NCBI GenBank assembly: GCA_005884925.1
Contig: VAYU01000024.1
Coordinates: 41,120-105,119, forward strand
Direction: 5' to 3'
DNA: 64,000 nucleotides
Source of the DNA: Actinomycetota bacterium
Lineage (GTDB): Bacteria; Actinomycetota; UBA4738; HRBIN12
Part shown: positions 50,305 to 59,870 of the stretch, in pieces
How positions within the stretch are numbered: position 1 is the first letter of the stretch
Layout: the number at the start of each line of letters is the position of its first letter
Notes under the pieces: generated by a model
What the model was told of the DNA's origin: nothing
The model's database searches: none
The model's input: the letters and a program-made list of their open reading frames with translations, nothing else
Made by a program: the position numbers and the translations under genes

Positions 50305-51240
50305 TCAGCGGTCGTGGGCCTCATCCTCGAGGAAGCGCTCGGCGTCGATCGCTGCCTTGCACCCCTGTCCGGCAGCCGTCACGGCTTGGCGGTAGATCCG
50401 GTCGGTCACGTCGCCCGCCGCGAAGACCCCGGGCACGCTCGTTGCCGTCCTGGGCTCCGCGACCGTGATGTAGCCCTCGTCGTCGAGCGCGAGCTTGCCG
50501 CGGAACAAGGCGGTGTTCGGATCGTGTCCGATCGCGACGAACAGGCCATCCGCGGCGAACGTGCGCGACTCGTCCGTGCGCACGTCGTTCAACGTCACTC
50601 CCGATACCGCGTCGTCGCCGTGAACCTCCCCCACCGTCGTGTTCCAGATCACTTCGACCTTCGGGTTGGCGAGTGCCCGAGCCGACATCACCTTCGACGC
50701 GCGGAACTCGTCGCGTCGGTGAACGATCGTGACCTTCCTCGCGAACTTCGTGAGGAAGGTGGCCTCTTCCATCGCCGTGTCGCCCCCGCCGACCACGACG
50801 AGCTCCCGATCGCGGAAGAAGAAGCCGTCGCAGGTGGCGCATGCGGAGACACCCCGGCCTCGGAGCTTCTCCTCGCCCGGGACACCCAGCCACCGCGCCG
50901 TCGCACCGGTCGCCACGATGATCGTGCCGCCTCGCCACTCCTGGTCACCGGCCCGCACGACGAACGGACGCTCCGACAGGTCGACGTCGGTGACATGCAC
51001 CGGGAGGATCTCCGCTCCGAAGCGCGCAGCCTGCTTCTCCATCTGATCCATCAGCTCGGGGCCGAGGAGACCGTCGGCGAAGCCGGGATAGTTCTCCACG
51101 TCCGTCGTCAGCATCAGCTGTCCGCCGGCCTCGAGGCCCTTCAGCAGGAGCGGCGCGAGGTTCGCCCGCGCGGCGTAGAGGGCTGCCGCGAACCCGGCCG
51201 GCCCGGAGCCGATCACGATCACGTTGCGCGGCTCGTCCAC
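50305..51240 (-). CDS. trxB: Thioredoxin-disulfide reductase
   Basis: 311 aa. GSGPAGFAAALYAAR FAD motif and redox-active CATCDG. Confidence 0.95.
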   Translation of the reverse strand: MDEPRNVIVIGSGPAGFAAALYAARANLAPLLLKGLEAGGQLMLTTDVENYPGFADGLLGPELMDQMEKQAARFGAEILPVHVTDVDLSERPFVVRAGDQEWRGGTIIVATGATARWLGVPGEEKLRGRGVSACATCDGFFFRDRELVVVGGGDTAMEEATFLTKFARKVTIVHRRDEFRASKVMSARALANPKVEVIWNTTVGEVHGDDAVSGVTLNDVRTDESRTFAADGLFVAIGHDPNTALFRGKLALDDEGYITVAEPRTATSVPGVFAAGDVTDRIYRQAVTAAGQGCKAAIDAERFLEDEAHDR

Positions 51241-51288
51241 TGGATGCGAATCCTCCCATAGCGGGAAACGCCCGCCTATTCCCGGAGG

Positions 51289-52071
51289 TCAGGTCGTGGC
51301 CTGGGTCGATGTGAGGATCGAACAGTCACCGCTCGACACGACCAAGACCCGGACGATGTCTGCGGGCTGCCCGGCCCCGGGCCCGATCAGGTAGACACCG
51401 AGGATGGCCGGCGTCCCCCGGAACCGAGCCTGGATCACGCGGACGAGCTTCCCCTCAGGCCCTCGTTGTCCGGCCGGGACGGTGAAGGCGCGATCGAGGC
51501 ATGCCACGGCAGCAGCGAATGGTATCCGTTGCGCTGGCGTGGCCTCTGCCGCTACCGGGATCTGTGAGGACTGGTTGTTCGATCCGAACGCTCGATCTTG
51601 ACCGCCGTACGAGGTCGCGAGCGCCTCGACCCCCGCGAGGTCGTAGTCGACGTTCTGCGCCTCGACGGAGGTGGCCTCGGGCAGGGCCGCGCTCGGCGCG
51701 GCCACACCCGCGGCCGGCTCCTCGCCAGGGCTCGAGCCGACGTGCGGCAGGACGAGTGCGGCGACCAGGAGCGCGGCGGCGATCCCTGCCGCGGCGCCGG
51801 CCCATCGGTACCACCCGGGCTGCCCCGAACGGGATGCAGGAGCCGGCTCGTGCGCTGCGCGTCGTCTCGCCCCTGCGATCGCCGCGGCGCCAAGGTCGCC
51901 GGGCGCCGGGATCTCCGCCACAGAGGCAAGGGCCTCGCGCGCCGCGCGGGCGAGGGCGACCTCACCCCGGCATCGCTCGCACGAGTCGAGGTGGCGCTCG
52001 ACGACGGCGCGCTCGCCCTCGGCGAGCGCGCCGTCGACGTACTCCGCGAGCAGTTCGTCGGGGTGCCTCAT
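51289..52071 (-). CDS. Anti-sigma factor with ZAS motif (HLDSCERCR), one TM helix and an extracytoplasmic domain
   Basis: Start MRHPDELLAEYVDGAL. ATGA overlap with the sigma gene. The remainder of the 385 aa track ORF is an upstream extension. Confidence 0.7.
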   Translation of the reverse strand: MRHPDELLAEYVDGALAEGERAVVERHLDSCERCRGEVALARAAREALASVAEIPAPGDLGAAAIAGARRRAAHEPAPASRSGQPGWYRWAGAAAGIAAALLVAALVLPHVGSSPGEEPAAGVAAPSAALPEATSVEAQNVDYDLAGVEALATSYGGQDRAFGSNNQSSQIPVAAEATPAQRIPFAAAVACLDRAFTVPAGQRGPEGKLVRVIQARFRGTPAILGVYLIGPGAGQPADIVRVLVVSSGDCSILTSTQATT

Positions 52072-52664
52072 GATTGGTCCTCGGACGCTCTGAACGGCGC
52101 TTCGGGTTCCCGGGTCGTGATGCCCATCGCGCGCGCGAGCGCAACGCGCCCGCGATGCACCCGGGATTTCACCGTTCCGATCGGGACGTCGAGCACCTTC
52201 GCGATCTGCTCGTACGCCATGTCGTGGAGATCCGCGAGCACGAGGGCCACCCGGAACTCCTCCGGAACCTCCTTGAGGGCGGCCACGGCGTCGTGCGTCC
52301 CGGCCAGCTCTTCCGCGTGGTCGGGCACCGGCGACCCCAGTTCCGCTTCCGGCAGATCGGGATCGCCCGCGAGCCGGAGCATCGGTTGCCGCCGCCGCTT
52401 CCGGGAGAGGTCGTAGCAGGCGTTGACGGTCACGCGGTGCATCCACGTCGTGAAGGCCGCGTCACCGCGGAACTGCCGGAGCTTCGTGAGGACGGACAGG
52501 AAGGTGTCCTGAGCTGCGTCGGCCGCGTCCTCAGGATCGCCGAGGATCCGCAAGCAGAGGTTGTAGACGCGTTGGCGGTGCCGTTCGACGAGCCGCTCGA
52601 AGGCGTCGGCATCTCCGCGCAGGAACCGGCGGACCAACTCCTCGTCGCGCTCAGGCGGGCCCAC
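52068..52664 (-). CDS. ECF (sigma-70 family) RNA polymerase sigma factor
   Basis: Region 2 (FTTWMHRVTVNACYDLSRKR) and region 4 (AYEQIAKVLDVPIGTVKSRVHRGR). Position equivalent to sigM in M. tuberculosis. Confidence 0.85.
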   Translation of the reverse strand: MGPPERDEELVRRFLRGDADAFERLVERHRQRVYNLCLRILGDPEDAADAAQDTFLSVLTKLRQFRGDAAFTTWMHRVTVNACYDLSRKRRRQPMLRLAGDPDLPEAELGSPVPDHAEELAGTHDAVAALKEVPEEFRVALVLADLHDMAYEQIAKVLDVPIGTVKSRVHRGRVALARAMGITTREPEAPFRASEDQS

Positions 52665-52673
52665 GGGCGAACG

Positions 52674-53105
52674 CTACAACGAGGATGGAGACGCGGATTC
52701 CCGCTGCACGACCTTCGTGAGATCCCTGGTGAACGAGAACCGCCCTGCGATGATCGTGTTCGCGGTCTTGCGGAGCGTGATGGTGACGTCACCCGACGAG
52801 GTGTCCACCTTGCACCAGCCTTTCGCCATCGTCGCGTCGGGGTCGGCCTGGTGCACGGTGAGCTCGGCGGCGCCGCACGCGGCCGTGACGTCCCGCTCGT
52901 TCTGGTAGGTCGAGACGGCGGTCGATGCGGCGGTCGCCGCGGCGTCCGAAAGGCGGAATTTCGTGAACAGGACGGACGCGGCGTCGACGGCGAAGATGCC
53001 GAGGACCGCCACGAAGAGCAACCAGACCAGGATGATCTTCCCGACCAAGCCGAACTGCTCGTGGTGCACGCGCCGAAGGGTTCCTGGCATCCCGGTCTCC
53101 ATCAC
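52674..53105 (-). CDS. Hypothetical membrane-anchored protein
   Basis: 143 aa with an N-terminal TM helix (IILVWLLFVAVLGIFAV). ATGA overlap with murJ. Confidence 0.45.
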   Translation of the reverse strand: MMETGMPGTLRRVHHEQFGLVGKIILVWLLFVAVLGIFAVDAASVLFTKFRLSDAAATAASTAVSTYQNERDVTAACGAAELTVHQADPDATMAKGWCKVDTSSGDVTITLRKTANTIIAGRFSFTRDLTKVVQRESASPSSL

Positions 53106-54775
53106 GCCCCGCGACGCGGACGGCCGAGGAGCGCCACCTTGACTTCATCGACCTCGTGGATCCCGAAGATAAGGGCGCAGGCGAGGAACACAAGCACCCC
53201 GGCAGCGACCCCGGCGGTCACCTGGATGAGCCGAGCGAGGGTCCAGTCGACGTCGATCGCGACGCTCACCAGCGCCGCCGCTCCTGCGGCCGCGGCCGCG
53301 GTGATGCCCGCCGCGAGCAGCGTCGCGGCGATCGTCACGCCGACCCTGCGGTCATCCGCACCGCCGAGCCTCCGCCGGACGATCACGAACAACACGGCGG
53401 ATCCGAAGACGTACGAGACGGCATGGCCGAGGGCGAGCCCGGTTACCCCTCGATGCCAGGCGAACGCGAACAAGAGGTCGGCCGCGATGTTCACAACCGC
53501 GACCCCGATGTTGACGACCGCGGGCGTGCGCGAGTCGTGCATCGCGCAGAGCGTGCGCGTCATCAGCTGGAAGGCCGAGAAGAACGGCAGACCGATCGCG
53601 AATGCTGCGAGGATCCGCGCGAGGATCGGCAGCTCGACGCCGCGCACGGCGCCGTGGCCCGCGAGCAATGCGACGATCGGTCCGGCGAGCACCAGGTAGC
53701 CGGCGGCCGCCGGGATCATCACGATCATGGTGTCGCGGAACCCTCGTGAGAAGAGCTCCCGGACACCTGCCCGATCCTCGCCGGTCCATCGCTCGGCCAT
53801 GCCGGGGATCAGGGCGGTGAAGATGGAGACCGCGACGATCGCGTGCGGGAGCGAGAAGAACACGAACGCCTGCGAGTACGCCGTATAGGCCCCGGCCGAG
53901 ATCTTGCTGGCGAGCCTGATGATGATGAGGTACGCGACCTGGTTCGCGACGACGTAGACGACGACCCATCGAGCGAGATGGAAGAGCTGGCGGACCGTCT
54001 CGTGGCGCCAATCCCAGCGGAGCCGCCAGCGGAACCCGATCCGGCGGAGCGCCGGCCACAACGCCGCCGTCATCGCCAGGACGCCGAGCGTCGTGCCCGC
54101 GCCAAGGAGCGTCTTCTGGGCGAACGTGATGGTCCCGACCTGCGGCGGCGTCGTCCCGCGCATCGCGATGAGGGCGAACATGGTGGCGATCACGGCGATG
54201 TTGTTCAGGACGGGTGCGTACATCTGCGCCGCGAACCGGCGGTTGGCCGTTAGCAGCCCTCCGGCGACGGCGCCCACCCCGTAGAAGACGATCTGCGGCA
54301 TGAACCAGCGGAGGAAGAAGGTTCCGAGCTCGACCTCCTGCGTGCGACGGACCGGGTCGTCGACGCTCCCGAGGTAGAGGCGCATGATCCACGGCGCGGC
54401 GGCCGCACCCAGAACGGCGACGCCCGTGAGCAGGACGAGGGCGATCGTCAGGAAGCGGCTGGCCGCTTCGAACTGGGCTTCGCGACCCCGATCCTTCCCG
54501 CGCCCGACCAGCGCCGGCACGAAGACGCTCGTGAGGATCCCGCCGAGCACCAGCTCGTAGATGATGTTCGGGGTCGTGTTCGCGGCGTTGTAGCCATCCG
54601 ACACGACCGTGAAGCCCAGCGCCGCGAGGGTCACCGTGACGCGGAGCAAACCGGTGACCCGAGACAGCAGCGTGCCGCCCGACATCACGGCCGCGTTCCG
54701 GACGGTGGCCTCCCGTGAGTCCACCGCCTCGGACGCGGCCGGGCTCAGCTCGAGACCTTCGTCCGCCGGAACCAC
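53102..54775 (-). CDS. murJ: Lipid II flippase MurJ
   Basis: 557 aa with 14 TM helices and N-terminal LLSRVTGLLRV. The start may instead be the internal M at about residue 31. Confidence 0.9.
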   Translation of the reverse strand: MVPADEGLELSPAASEAVDSREATVRNAAVMSGGTLLSRVTGLLRVTVTLAALGFTVVSDGYNAANTTPNIIYELVLGGILTSVFVPALVGRGKDRGREAQFEAASRFLTIALVLLTGVAVLGAAAAPWIMRLYLGSVDDPVRRTQEVELGTFFLRWFMPQIVFYGVGAVAGGLLTANRRFAAQMYAPVLNNIAVIATMFALIAMRGTTPPQVGTITFAQKTLLGAGTTLGVLAMTAALWPALRRIGFRWRLRWDWRHETVRQLFHLARWVVVYVVANQVAYLIIIRLASKISAGAYTAYSQAFVFFSLPHAIVAVSIFTALIPGMAERWTGEDRAGVRELFSRGFRDTMIVMIPAAAGYLVLAGPIVALLAGHGAVRGVELPILARILAAFAIGLPFFSAFQLMTRTLCAMHDSRTPAVVNIGVAVVNIAADLLFAFAWHRGVTGLALGHAVSYVFGSAVLFVIVRRRLGGADDRRVGVTIAATLLAAGITAAAAAGAAALVSVAIDVDWTLARLIQVTAGVAAGVLVFLACALIFGIHEVDEVKVALLGRPRRGA

Positions 54776-56796
54776 CTCCGCGAATACAGCAGCGCCAGCA
54801 CGCCAGCCGCGGCGAGCGTCACGAGCAAGGCGATGTGGTTGACAGCGGTCGAGCGCACCACGATCGCCTGGGGCTCGCCGACCTCGTCACCGTTCGGTGC
54901 GATGACGGCGACGAGGATCGGGTTCTGTCCGGCCGCCTTCGCGATGACGCGGAAGGACACGACCTGATCGGGTCGCTCGAGGACGACCTCCCGCTGGAAC
55001 CCGTCGGGGAAGTCGAACTGGGAAGACTGCAGCTGGATCGTCACGCGGAGCGGGATCGCGCCGGGGTCGCCCATGAGGATCGGGATCGTTCCCTCGCCGG
55101 AGGTGAAGGTGAAACCCTGACCGACCTGCGGCTTGACGCTGTCGAAGGCCTGTTGCGTCGTCGCGGCGACGGCGTTCAACCACGACGTCCCTGCCTCCCA
55201 ATCCGTGACGTAGGGCGCCGACTCGGCGTAGTAGACGTCGCGGGCGAGGTCATCCGGCGCGGCGCTCGGCTGGGTCAGCATCGAGCGGTATGTCCCGATC
55301 CGATGCTCCTGCTCTCGGATCTGCTCGCTGTAGGACGTCGGGAAGGAGGATGAGTCCGGCGAACGCAGCACCGCGGGTTCGCCGGGCGGGTTCACGCCCG
55401 CTGCGAACGCCGCGGCATCCTGGAGCTGCATGAACGGCGTGCCGTGCAACCGCTCGAGCAACGGCGTCCACATCTTGGGCGGCAGGGTCGATGGGAGCGC
55501 GACCGCGATCCCGCGAACGTGTCCGCCTTCCGGCACCGGCGACTCCTTCCAGATCACTGCGAGCTCGCCCAGCACCGCCTGGGCGGCTCGGACGGGGTCT
55601 TCCAAGAGGTCTTGCCGCGCGAGCAGCCCCTCGATGCCGGGGTCCGGCAGGATGACCGTCACCGGGGAACCGTCGGGAGCGGTTACCGTCGCGGTGGGAT
55701 CGGGGTTCAGGTTCGGCCCCTGGGCGTGACGATCGACCGTGTCGGGGTTCGCAAGGACGGTTGAGGCGCCGGAGTCCGCGAGCCAGCCGATCGCGTCGTC
55801 GGAGAGCGACCCGGAGGGGGGCCGAGCGACGTCCGTCTGGAGTGGCGTTCGCGCCAGCGACTGAAGGGTCTCGAGGCCGAGCGAACGCTGCGCCTCGAGA
55901 TCGTGGACGAGTCCGCTCGCGAGCATCGCCGGGATCGTCGGACCCGCGAGGGGGGTGGCCACGGTCCGAACGCCGGGCCCGCTCATCGCGCTCGAGAGGG
56001 AATCGAGGAACCCTGCGGCTCGCAGGGCGCCGTCCGCGCCCTTCGGCACGACCGTTCCGTCCGTCAAGGTGTAGCCGCCCGCAGCGCGCTGCGCTTGCTC
56101 GACGAGTGCCGGTTCCACCACGACGCTCAGTGGGAACTCGCCCGCCGGACCGAGCCGTGCCAGCGCTCCGTTCAGTGCGGCGATCGGCGCTCCGATCTGT
56201 CCCTGAGCGCTGAGGGCGTCGGGGAACGCCGTGTCGAGGAGCCGGCCGTCGGGACCGAAGACGACGGGCGGCGCGAGCTCGATCCACGACGTCAATCGCA
56301 TCGGTGCCTCCGGCGGTCGGATGAAGTACAGGACGGGTGTCGTGAGGGATGCCAGCACCGAGCCGTTCGATCGCACGTCCACACGCGCCGGGTAGACCTG
56401 GTTGTCGGTCTGGTCGATCCCGGTCGCCGTGGAGAGATCGACGCTGGGGGCGCCCAGGGTGGTCGTCGTGTTCGGCTCCAGGCTCCCTCCGACCGGTTCC
56501 ACGGTCTGGAACACCGTTGAGGTCGGTCCTTCCACCAAGGATGACTCGTACCCGACGACCGTCTCGTAGTGAGCACCGATCGAGATGCCGACCGAGAGAT
56601 GTCCCAGCGGCGTTGCGCCGAGGTTCGTCGCCACGACCGAGATCATGAGCTGGGGATCCCCGAATCGCGCGCTCCAGGGAGATTGGCTGAACAGGGACAG
56701 GGAAACGACCGAGCTCTGTGCGGACGCGGGCAGACCGAACGGCACGGTGAGGGTGACGATGACCATCACGAGCAGGGCACGGACGGCTCGTTCCAC
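54745..56796 (-). CDS. Rv3909-like (DUF6049-type) secreted protein with signal peptide and C-terminal TM anchor
   Basis: 683 aa. Signal peptide MERAVRALLVMVIVTLTVPFGLPASA and a C-terminal TM helix. Conserved position next to murJ. Confidence 0.6.
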   Translation of the reverse strand: MERAVRALLVMVIVTLTVPFGLPASAQSSVVSLSLFSQSPWSARFGDPQLMISVVATNLGATPLGHLSVGISIGAHYETVVGYESSLVEGPTSTVFQTVEPVGGSLEPNTTTTLGAPSVDLSTATGIDQTDNQVYPARVDVRSNGSVLASLTTPVLYFIRPPEAPMRLTSWIELAPPVVFGPDGRLLDTAFPDALSAQGQIGAPIAALNGALARLGPAGEFPLSVVVEPALVEQAQRAAGGYTLTDGTVVPKGADGALRAAGFLDSLSSAMSGPGVRTVATPLAGPTIPAMLASGLVHDLEAQRSLGLETLQSLARTPLQTDVARPPSGSLSDDAIGWLADSGASTVLANPDTVDRHAQGPNLNPDPTATVTAPDGSPVTVILPDPGIEGLLARQDLLEDPVRAAQAVLGELAVIWKESPVPEGGHVRGIAVALPSTLPPKMWTPLLERLHGTPFMQLQDAAAFAAGVNPPGEPAVLRSPDSSSFPTSYSEQIREQEHRIGTYRSMLTQPSAAPDDLARDVYYAESAPYVTDWEAGTSWLNAVAATTQQAFDSVKPQVGQGFTFTSGEGTIPILMGDPGAIPLRVTIQLQSSQFDFPDGFQREVVLERPDQVVSFRVIAKAAGQNPILVAVIAPNGDEVGEPQAIVVRSTAVNHIALLVTLAAAGVLALLYSRRWFRRTKVSS

Positions 56797-56820
56797 GGGC
56801 GCATCCTAGCCCGGCCCGTC

Positions 56821-57588
56821 TCAGCCCCTCGCGAGCCGCGCGATCTCGACGACCGCGTACACGGCTGCCACGACGAGCAGGAACGAGCCCACCATGAGCC
56901 GGAGCGTGCGCTCCCGCGTGCCGAGCGCGATGCTCGCTCCGATCCGGGCGCCGGGGATCACACCGAGCGCCAACACGAAGGCGATCCCCCAGTCGATGTG
57001 GCCGAGCGCGGCGTGCACGATCGTCCCAGGGATCGCGATGATCGCGATCAGGAGGAGGGACGTGCCGAGCGCACGTTTCAGCGGCATCCCGAGCATCGTG
57101 GTGACGATCGGCACGAAGACGATCCCTCCTCCGACGCCGAGCAGTCCGGACACCAGGCCGGTGAACGCGCCCAACACGGCGTACCGCCAGCCGGGGGTCG
57201 AGCCGCGCGGGCGGATCCGGTACGTGCTGGAGCGTCCGATGCGCACCGCCTGCCACCCGATCAGGCCGGCGGTGACGAGCAGCAGCCAGTGCGGATCGAT
57301 CAGCGACGTCAGCCATGCACCCCCAGCCGCCGCCGCGATGCCGGGGATCGCGGCGAACCGGACGGCGCGCCAGCTCACCTCGTGAGCCCGTGCGTACGTG
57401 TATCCGCCGACGACGGCGGTCGGGATCGCTACCGGCAGCGGGGTACCGACCGCGATGTACGGGGCCCCGCCGAGGAGCTCCTGGATCGCCGGGGTGGTGA
57501 CGATGCCACCGCCCACGCCGAACAACCCCGACAGCACACCCGCCGCGACCCCGATCGCGATGCCGAGGACGATCTGTTCCGTCGTCAC
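56821..57588 (-). CDS. Sulfite exporter TauE/SafE family protein
   Basis: 255 aa with 8 TM helices and duplicated GxGGG motifs. Confidence 0.8.
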   Translation of the reverse strand: MTTEQIVLGIAIGVAAGVLSGLFGVGGGIVTTPAIQELLGGAPYIAVGTPLPVAIPTAVVGGYTYARAHEVSWRAVRFAAIPGIAAAAGGAWLTSLIDPHWLLLVTAGLIGWQAVRIGRSSTYRIRPRGSTPGWRYAVLGAFTGLVSGLLGVGGGIVFVPIVTTMLGMPLKRALGTSLLLIAIIAIPGTIVHAALGHIDWGIAFVLALGVIPGARIGASIALGTRERTLRLMVGSFLLVVAAVYAVVEIARLARG

Positions 57589-58268
57589 TGCAAGAGCTCC
57601 GCGGCGCGAGCGAGGACCTCTCGCTCACCGCGGTACGCCGCCCGCTTGAGCGCCCGCTCCAGCGGGAACCAGCGGATCTCCTCCATCTCGTCGTCGCGAT
57701 CTTCCACGTCACCGCCGACGTGCTGCATCAAGAAGAAGTGCACGCGCTTGCGGATCCGGACGTCTTCCCAGACGTAGATGTACTTCGTGTCGCCGAGGTC
57801 TGCCTCGATCGTCGCGTCGAGACCGGTCTCCTCTCGCACCTCGCGAACGGCTGCGTCTTCGCGTGTTTCGCCGGGTTCGATCCCACCCTTCGCGAGCCCC
57901 CACGCGAGGTCACCCCGGCGGGTCCGACGCGATGCCAGGACGATCTCGATGTCCTCGCCCGCCCTTCGGTACACGACACCCCCGGCCGAGACCTCGCGCT
58001 GGGTGACGATGCGCCGGCGGGAGACGCCCTTCTTCGAGGATCGCTTCTTCGAGGCTCCCTTCGCCGTCGCCGTCTTCGCGGTCGCGGTTCCTGCCGTCGC
58101 AGCGGCCTGCCTCCGTCGCTTGGATCCCGTCCCCGAGGCCGACTTCGCCCGTGCCCCGCTCGGGGTCCCGGCTGCGGCCGGAGAGGCCGGCTTGGGTCTC
58201 CGACGCCTCCGCCGCCGCTTCCGCGGCGGCGGTTCGTCGGAGCCCGCGGGGATGTCTTCACCGGCCAT
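57585..58268 (-). CDS. NUDIX hydrolase with an Arg/Lys-rich N-terminal tail (MutT4-like)
   Basis: Nudix box GGIEPGETREDAAVREVREETG. Confidence 0.85.
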   Translation of the reverse strand: MAGEDIPAGSDEPPPRKRRRRRRRPKPASPAAAGTPSGARAKSASGTGSKRRRQAAATAGTATAKTATAKGASKKRSSKKGVSRRRIVTQREVSAGGVVYRRAGEDIEIVLASRRTRRGDLAWGLAKGGIEPGETREDAAVREVREETGLDATIEADLGDTKYIYVWEDVRIRKRVHFFLMQHVGGDVEDRDDEMEEIRWFPLERALKRAAYRGEREVLARAAELLQ

Positions 58269-58339
58269 GACGTGCGGATAGTAGCCCGAGGGCCTCGCCG
58301 CTCAGGCTCGGGGCCCATCATGCCGAAACGGAAGCCGGG

Positions 58340-59452
58340 ATGAATATCGACGAGCTACTCAGGCATACCGTGGAACGGGGCGCCAGCGACCTGCATCTGA
58401 AGGTCGGCAACGTGCCGTTCCTCCGCGTGGACGGGGATCTGCAGCCGGCGCCCTTCGCTGAGCTGACCTCGGAGGATGCCGTCGCGTTCGCACTCGCGGT
58501 CATGAGCGAGCACAAGCGGCACGAGTTCGACACGACGAACGAGGCGGACATCGGCTACACGCTGCAAGGCGTCGGACGCTTCCGCATCAACGTGTTCCGT
58601 CAGCGTGGTCTGGTCGGACTCGCGGTGCGACGCGTGCGCTCCGAGATCCCGACGTTCGAGGAGCTCCGACTCCCCGTCGTGATGCGGACGCTCGCCGATA
58701 GTCCTCGCGGTCTGGTGTTGATCACCGGACCGACCGGAACCGGGAAGACCACGACGATCGCGTCGATGATCGGACACATCAACCGTTCGCGTCGCGCCCA
58801 TATCGTGACGATCGAAGATCCGATCGAAGTCGTGCACGACGACGAGCTCTCGATCATCCAACAGCGCGAGGTCGGGATCGACACGGGTTCCTACCAGGCC
58901 GCGCTCAAGCACGTCGTCCGGCAGGATCCGGACGTGATCTTCGTCGGGGAGATCCGGGACGCCGAATCGGCCCTCTCGGCGATCCAGGCGGCGGAGACGG
59001 GCCACCTCGTGATCTCGACGCTCCACACGATCGACTGCATGGAGACGATCAACCGCGTCCTCGACCTGTTCCCCCCCCAGCAGGCCAAGGAGGTGAGGAC
59101 GTCGTTCGCGGGCGCGCTCCGCGGGATCGTTTCGCAACGGCTCGTCACCAAGGCCGACGGCAAGGGCCGCGTGCCCGCGGTCGAGGTCCTCGTCAACACG
59201 GGGCGCGTGTTCGATCGCATCGTGGATCCCGAGCAGACCGACTCGATCGTCGACGTGATCGCCGAGGGCGATTACTATGGGATGCAGTCGTTCGATCAGG
59301 CGCTGGTGGGCCTGGTGAAGGAGGGGCTCGTGGGCGTCGACGAGGCTCGGCGCACCGCGACGAGCCCTCACGACTTCGACCTCCAGCTCGCAGGTGTCTT
59401 GGACCGGCGGTCCGCGTTCAGCGACGACCAGACCGCCGGGATGCCGTTCTGA
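58340..59452 (+). CDS. pilT: Type IV pilus retraction ATPase PilT family
   Basis: 370 aa. Walker A GPTGTGKTT. Asp box, His box and PilT-specific motifs. Confidence 0.85.
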   Translation: MNIDELLRHTVERGASDLHLKVGNVPFLRVDGDLQPAPFAELTSEDAVAFALAVMSEHKRHEFDTTNEADIGYTLQGVGRFRINVFRQRGLVGLAVRRVRSEIPTFEELRLPVVMRTLADSPRGLVLITGPTGTGKTTTIASMIGHINRSRRAHIVTIEDPIEVVHDDELSIIQQREVGIDTGSYQAALKHVVRQDPDVIFVGEIRDAESALSAIQAAETGHLVISTLHTIDCMETINRVLDLFPPQQAKEVRTSFAGALRGIVSQRLVTKADGKGRVPAVEVLVNTGRVFDRIVDPEQTDSIVDVIAEGDYYGMQSFDQALVGLVKEGLVGVDEARRTATSPHDFDLQLAGVLDRRSAFSDDQTAGMPF

Positions 59453-59834
59453 CCCGCGCCTGATCGGAGATCTCCCCGGCCGCCCGCTGCGCGGCGAGCT
59501 CCATGGGATGGCGCCGGTAGCCGTACGGGATCGCCAGCAGCAAGTAGACGGGGATGAACAGCGGTCCCCACGCGCAGTACTGCCGAACATGGTGCCGCTC
59601 GTGGGCGAGCAGCTGACCTTCGACGGGGCGCGCCGACACGATGACGAAGCCGATCGTCACCGCGACCCGATCGGCTCGCAGCATCAACCACGTGAGTCCT
59701 CTCGGGGTGCGGTCGAACAGCAGGAGCCCCGCTCGCACGGACGGGCGCTGGAACGTGAGGAGCCCGGCGAGCAGACCGATCAGCGTGTTCGGCGATGTCC
59801 AGATGAACCCCAGCCAGACGGGCACGCACAGCAC
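59418..59834 (-). CDS. Hypothetical small polytopic membrane protein with an HExxH motif (LAHERHHV)
   Basis: Three TM helices. GTG at 59834 is preferred; ATG at 59882 would overlap the cca start. The plus-strand frame over this stretch encodes only an Arg-rich, hydrophobic-poor sequence. The 486 aa track ORF is otherwise antisense to cca. Confidence 0.45.
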   Translation of the reverse strand: MLCVPVWLGFIWTSPNTLIGLLAGLLTFQRPSVRAGLLLFDRTPRGLTWLMLRADRVAVTIGFVIVSARPVEGQLLAHERHHVRQYCAWGPLFIPVYLLLAIPYGYRRHPMELAAQRAAGEISDQARVRTASRRSGRR

Positions 59835-59870
59835 GGTAGCGCGCCCGGCCCCGGCTATCCTCGTCCCGTC

